Below, piece after piece: positions 62,510 through 64,000 of a DNA stretch of 64,000 bases (positions are counted from its first letter, which is position 1; each line of letters begins with the position of its first letter). The notes under the pieces are model-generated. The model was not told the origin of the DNA. It did no database searches and saw only the letters and a list, made by a program, of their open reading frames with translations. The position numbers and the translations under genes are program-made. The stretch spans positions 5,152,245 through 5,216,244 of the forward strand of contig CAVNZM010000009.1 of assembly GCA_963693365.1 (NCBI GenBank), written 5' to 3'. The stretch is from Amoebidium appalachense (Eukaryota; Protista; Ichthyosporea).

Positions 62510-62903
62510 CCCCCTTTTTTTTTTTTCAAAAAAACAAACAAACCAATTTGGGCCTTTCCCCCTGTTCGTCCTGCCAAGGCAGATGTTTGCGGGACTTGCT
62601 ATAGTCATTCGCTCTGCAGAATAGAGCTACAGAATAGACTAGCTAGTTCGAAAACAATATTTTATATTTTTACACCCGCTCTTCACACCTCACTCACACA
62701 CCACGTTTTTTTTTCTCTCCAGGGAGGTGAGGAGCATGACTTGCCCTCGCAGATGCACTCCTTTTTTGCCAATTATGGCGCACCCCCACCTCCCCCGCCC
62801 TCACGGGAACCGCCCTCTCACATGTCCATGGGCTATTCCATGCCACCCAACCGCCCACCCCAGGTAATGTTCAATAGAGTCCGAGTTGTTGTTCGGTGCA
62901 CTG

Positions 62904-62934
<31 letters not shown>

Positions 62935-63110
62935 AAAAAAAAAAAAACCACCTCCCCCCACACACATTGCCTTCATTTTCAAATCCCTTTAATTCTGCGC
63001 ACCCCCCCCCCCCCCCCCTCCCTCCTCCTCCGCGGCACACCCTTCCTCCCCTCTTTACAGGTGTGGGAGGCGAGGAGATAAAGACACGCAGAGACTGTAT
63101 ATTGTGCATG

Positions 63111-63197
<87 letters not shown>

Positions 63198-63241
63198 CTC
63201 TCTCTTTTTCTCTGTGTCTGTGTGTGTGTATGGAGGGGGGG

Positions 63242-63300
<59 letters not shown>

Positions 63301-64000
63301 TGTTTGTGTTTGTGTTTGTGTTTGTGTTTGATCTCTCTCCCTCTCTCTGCCTCTCCCCCACCCCCCCCCCCCCCCCCTTCCTCCCCATCTCTCATCCCCA
63401 CCTTCTTTCAAACCCCCCTCCCCCCGCTGGTGTGTGTGTGGGGGAGGAGGGTTGCTTGCATGTGTATCTGTGTTGTGTGTGTGCTGTTGGTTTTATGTGC
63501 TTATTCATGTTTTGAATCGGAATGGTGTGCTGGGGTTCGTGAAAGTGCTTCATGAACCCACACATATCACTGTTCACCTGAAATTTCGAATCTAACGTTT
63601 TTTTTTTTTTTTTTTTCTCCGCCAGTGGGGACCCCCCGGCATGGGCGGCCCACCACCCATGAGGCCCCAACCGCACTCACCGCAAAACCCCCCTGCCCAC
63701 CAAATTGGTCGGGACGCATATTTCAACAGACCCCTGCCCCAACAAATGCCGCCGCCGCCGCCGCCGCCACAAAGACCGATTCCATCGCGATTGGACGGAT
63801 TTTCCGATCGCTGTGCATATGGGAACCCTCAGGAGCAGCTTGAGGACTATTTGAGGAACATGCTGCACATTGTCGACGGCCCAAATCCAAATTCTGGGGG
63901 TCCAAGACGGAGCCCCCACCAGGATAATAGCGCTGACGCGTTTGGACCCCCCCAAGGCTTCGGTCTAGGGGGTATGGCTGGTGGGGTTGGGGTCGGGGCC
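61993..64000 (+). CDS. 5' part of a gene for a Pro/Gly-rich protein (runs off the window)
   Basis: Exons 61993-62004 (MEDQ), 62723-62863 and 63626-end, all phase 0 with GT..AG introns. The frame is open to 64000 (WGPPGMGGPPPMRP..QEQLEDYLRNMLHI..). Confidence 0.65.

Overview
Eukaryotic, intron-rich genomic DNA, probably from a unicellular opisthokont (inferred from the animal-like Y14 and CZIB proteins). Introns are packed with poly-C/poly-G, (CA)n/(TG)n and (GA)n tracts, so almost all long entries in the ORF track are microsatellite artefacts. Splicing by hand at GT..AG sites with phase checks gave seven protein genes. These are an 11-exon FG-GAP/WD40-type beta-propeller gene (2972-14298,+), CZIB/UPF0587 (16028-22166,-), a multi-exon C2-like/Ser-Pro-rich gene (23076-31165,+), an intronless CAMK/AMPK-like kinase (43840-44805,+), RBM8A/Y14 (50566-57323,-), a small intronless bZIP (59768-60109,-) and the start of a Pro-rich gene (61993-end,+). 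The centre of the window is a transposon nest: a Harbinger-type MITE, a decayed Ty1/copia element, and inserted into it a complete 6.1-kb pogo/Tigger element with TIRs and a TA TSD whose transposase carries introns. Three observations stand out. (1) A dispersed, 5'-truncated, 3'-invariant element family always abuts poly-C tracts and carries a structured RNA core with compensatory base changes between subfamilies. (2) Some introns have mirror-complementary microsatellite blocks at their two ends. (3) A CZIB intron holds a pair of related ~110-nt fold-back elements. No database searches were run; all family calls come from recognised motifs.
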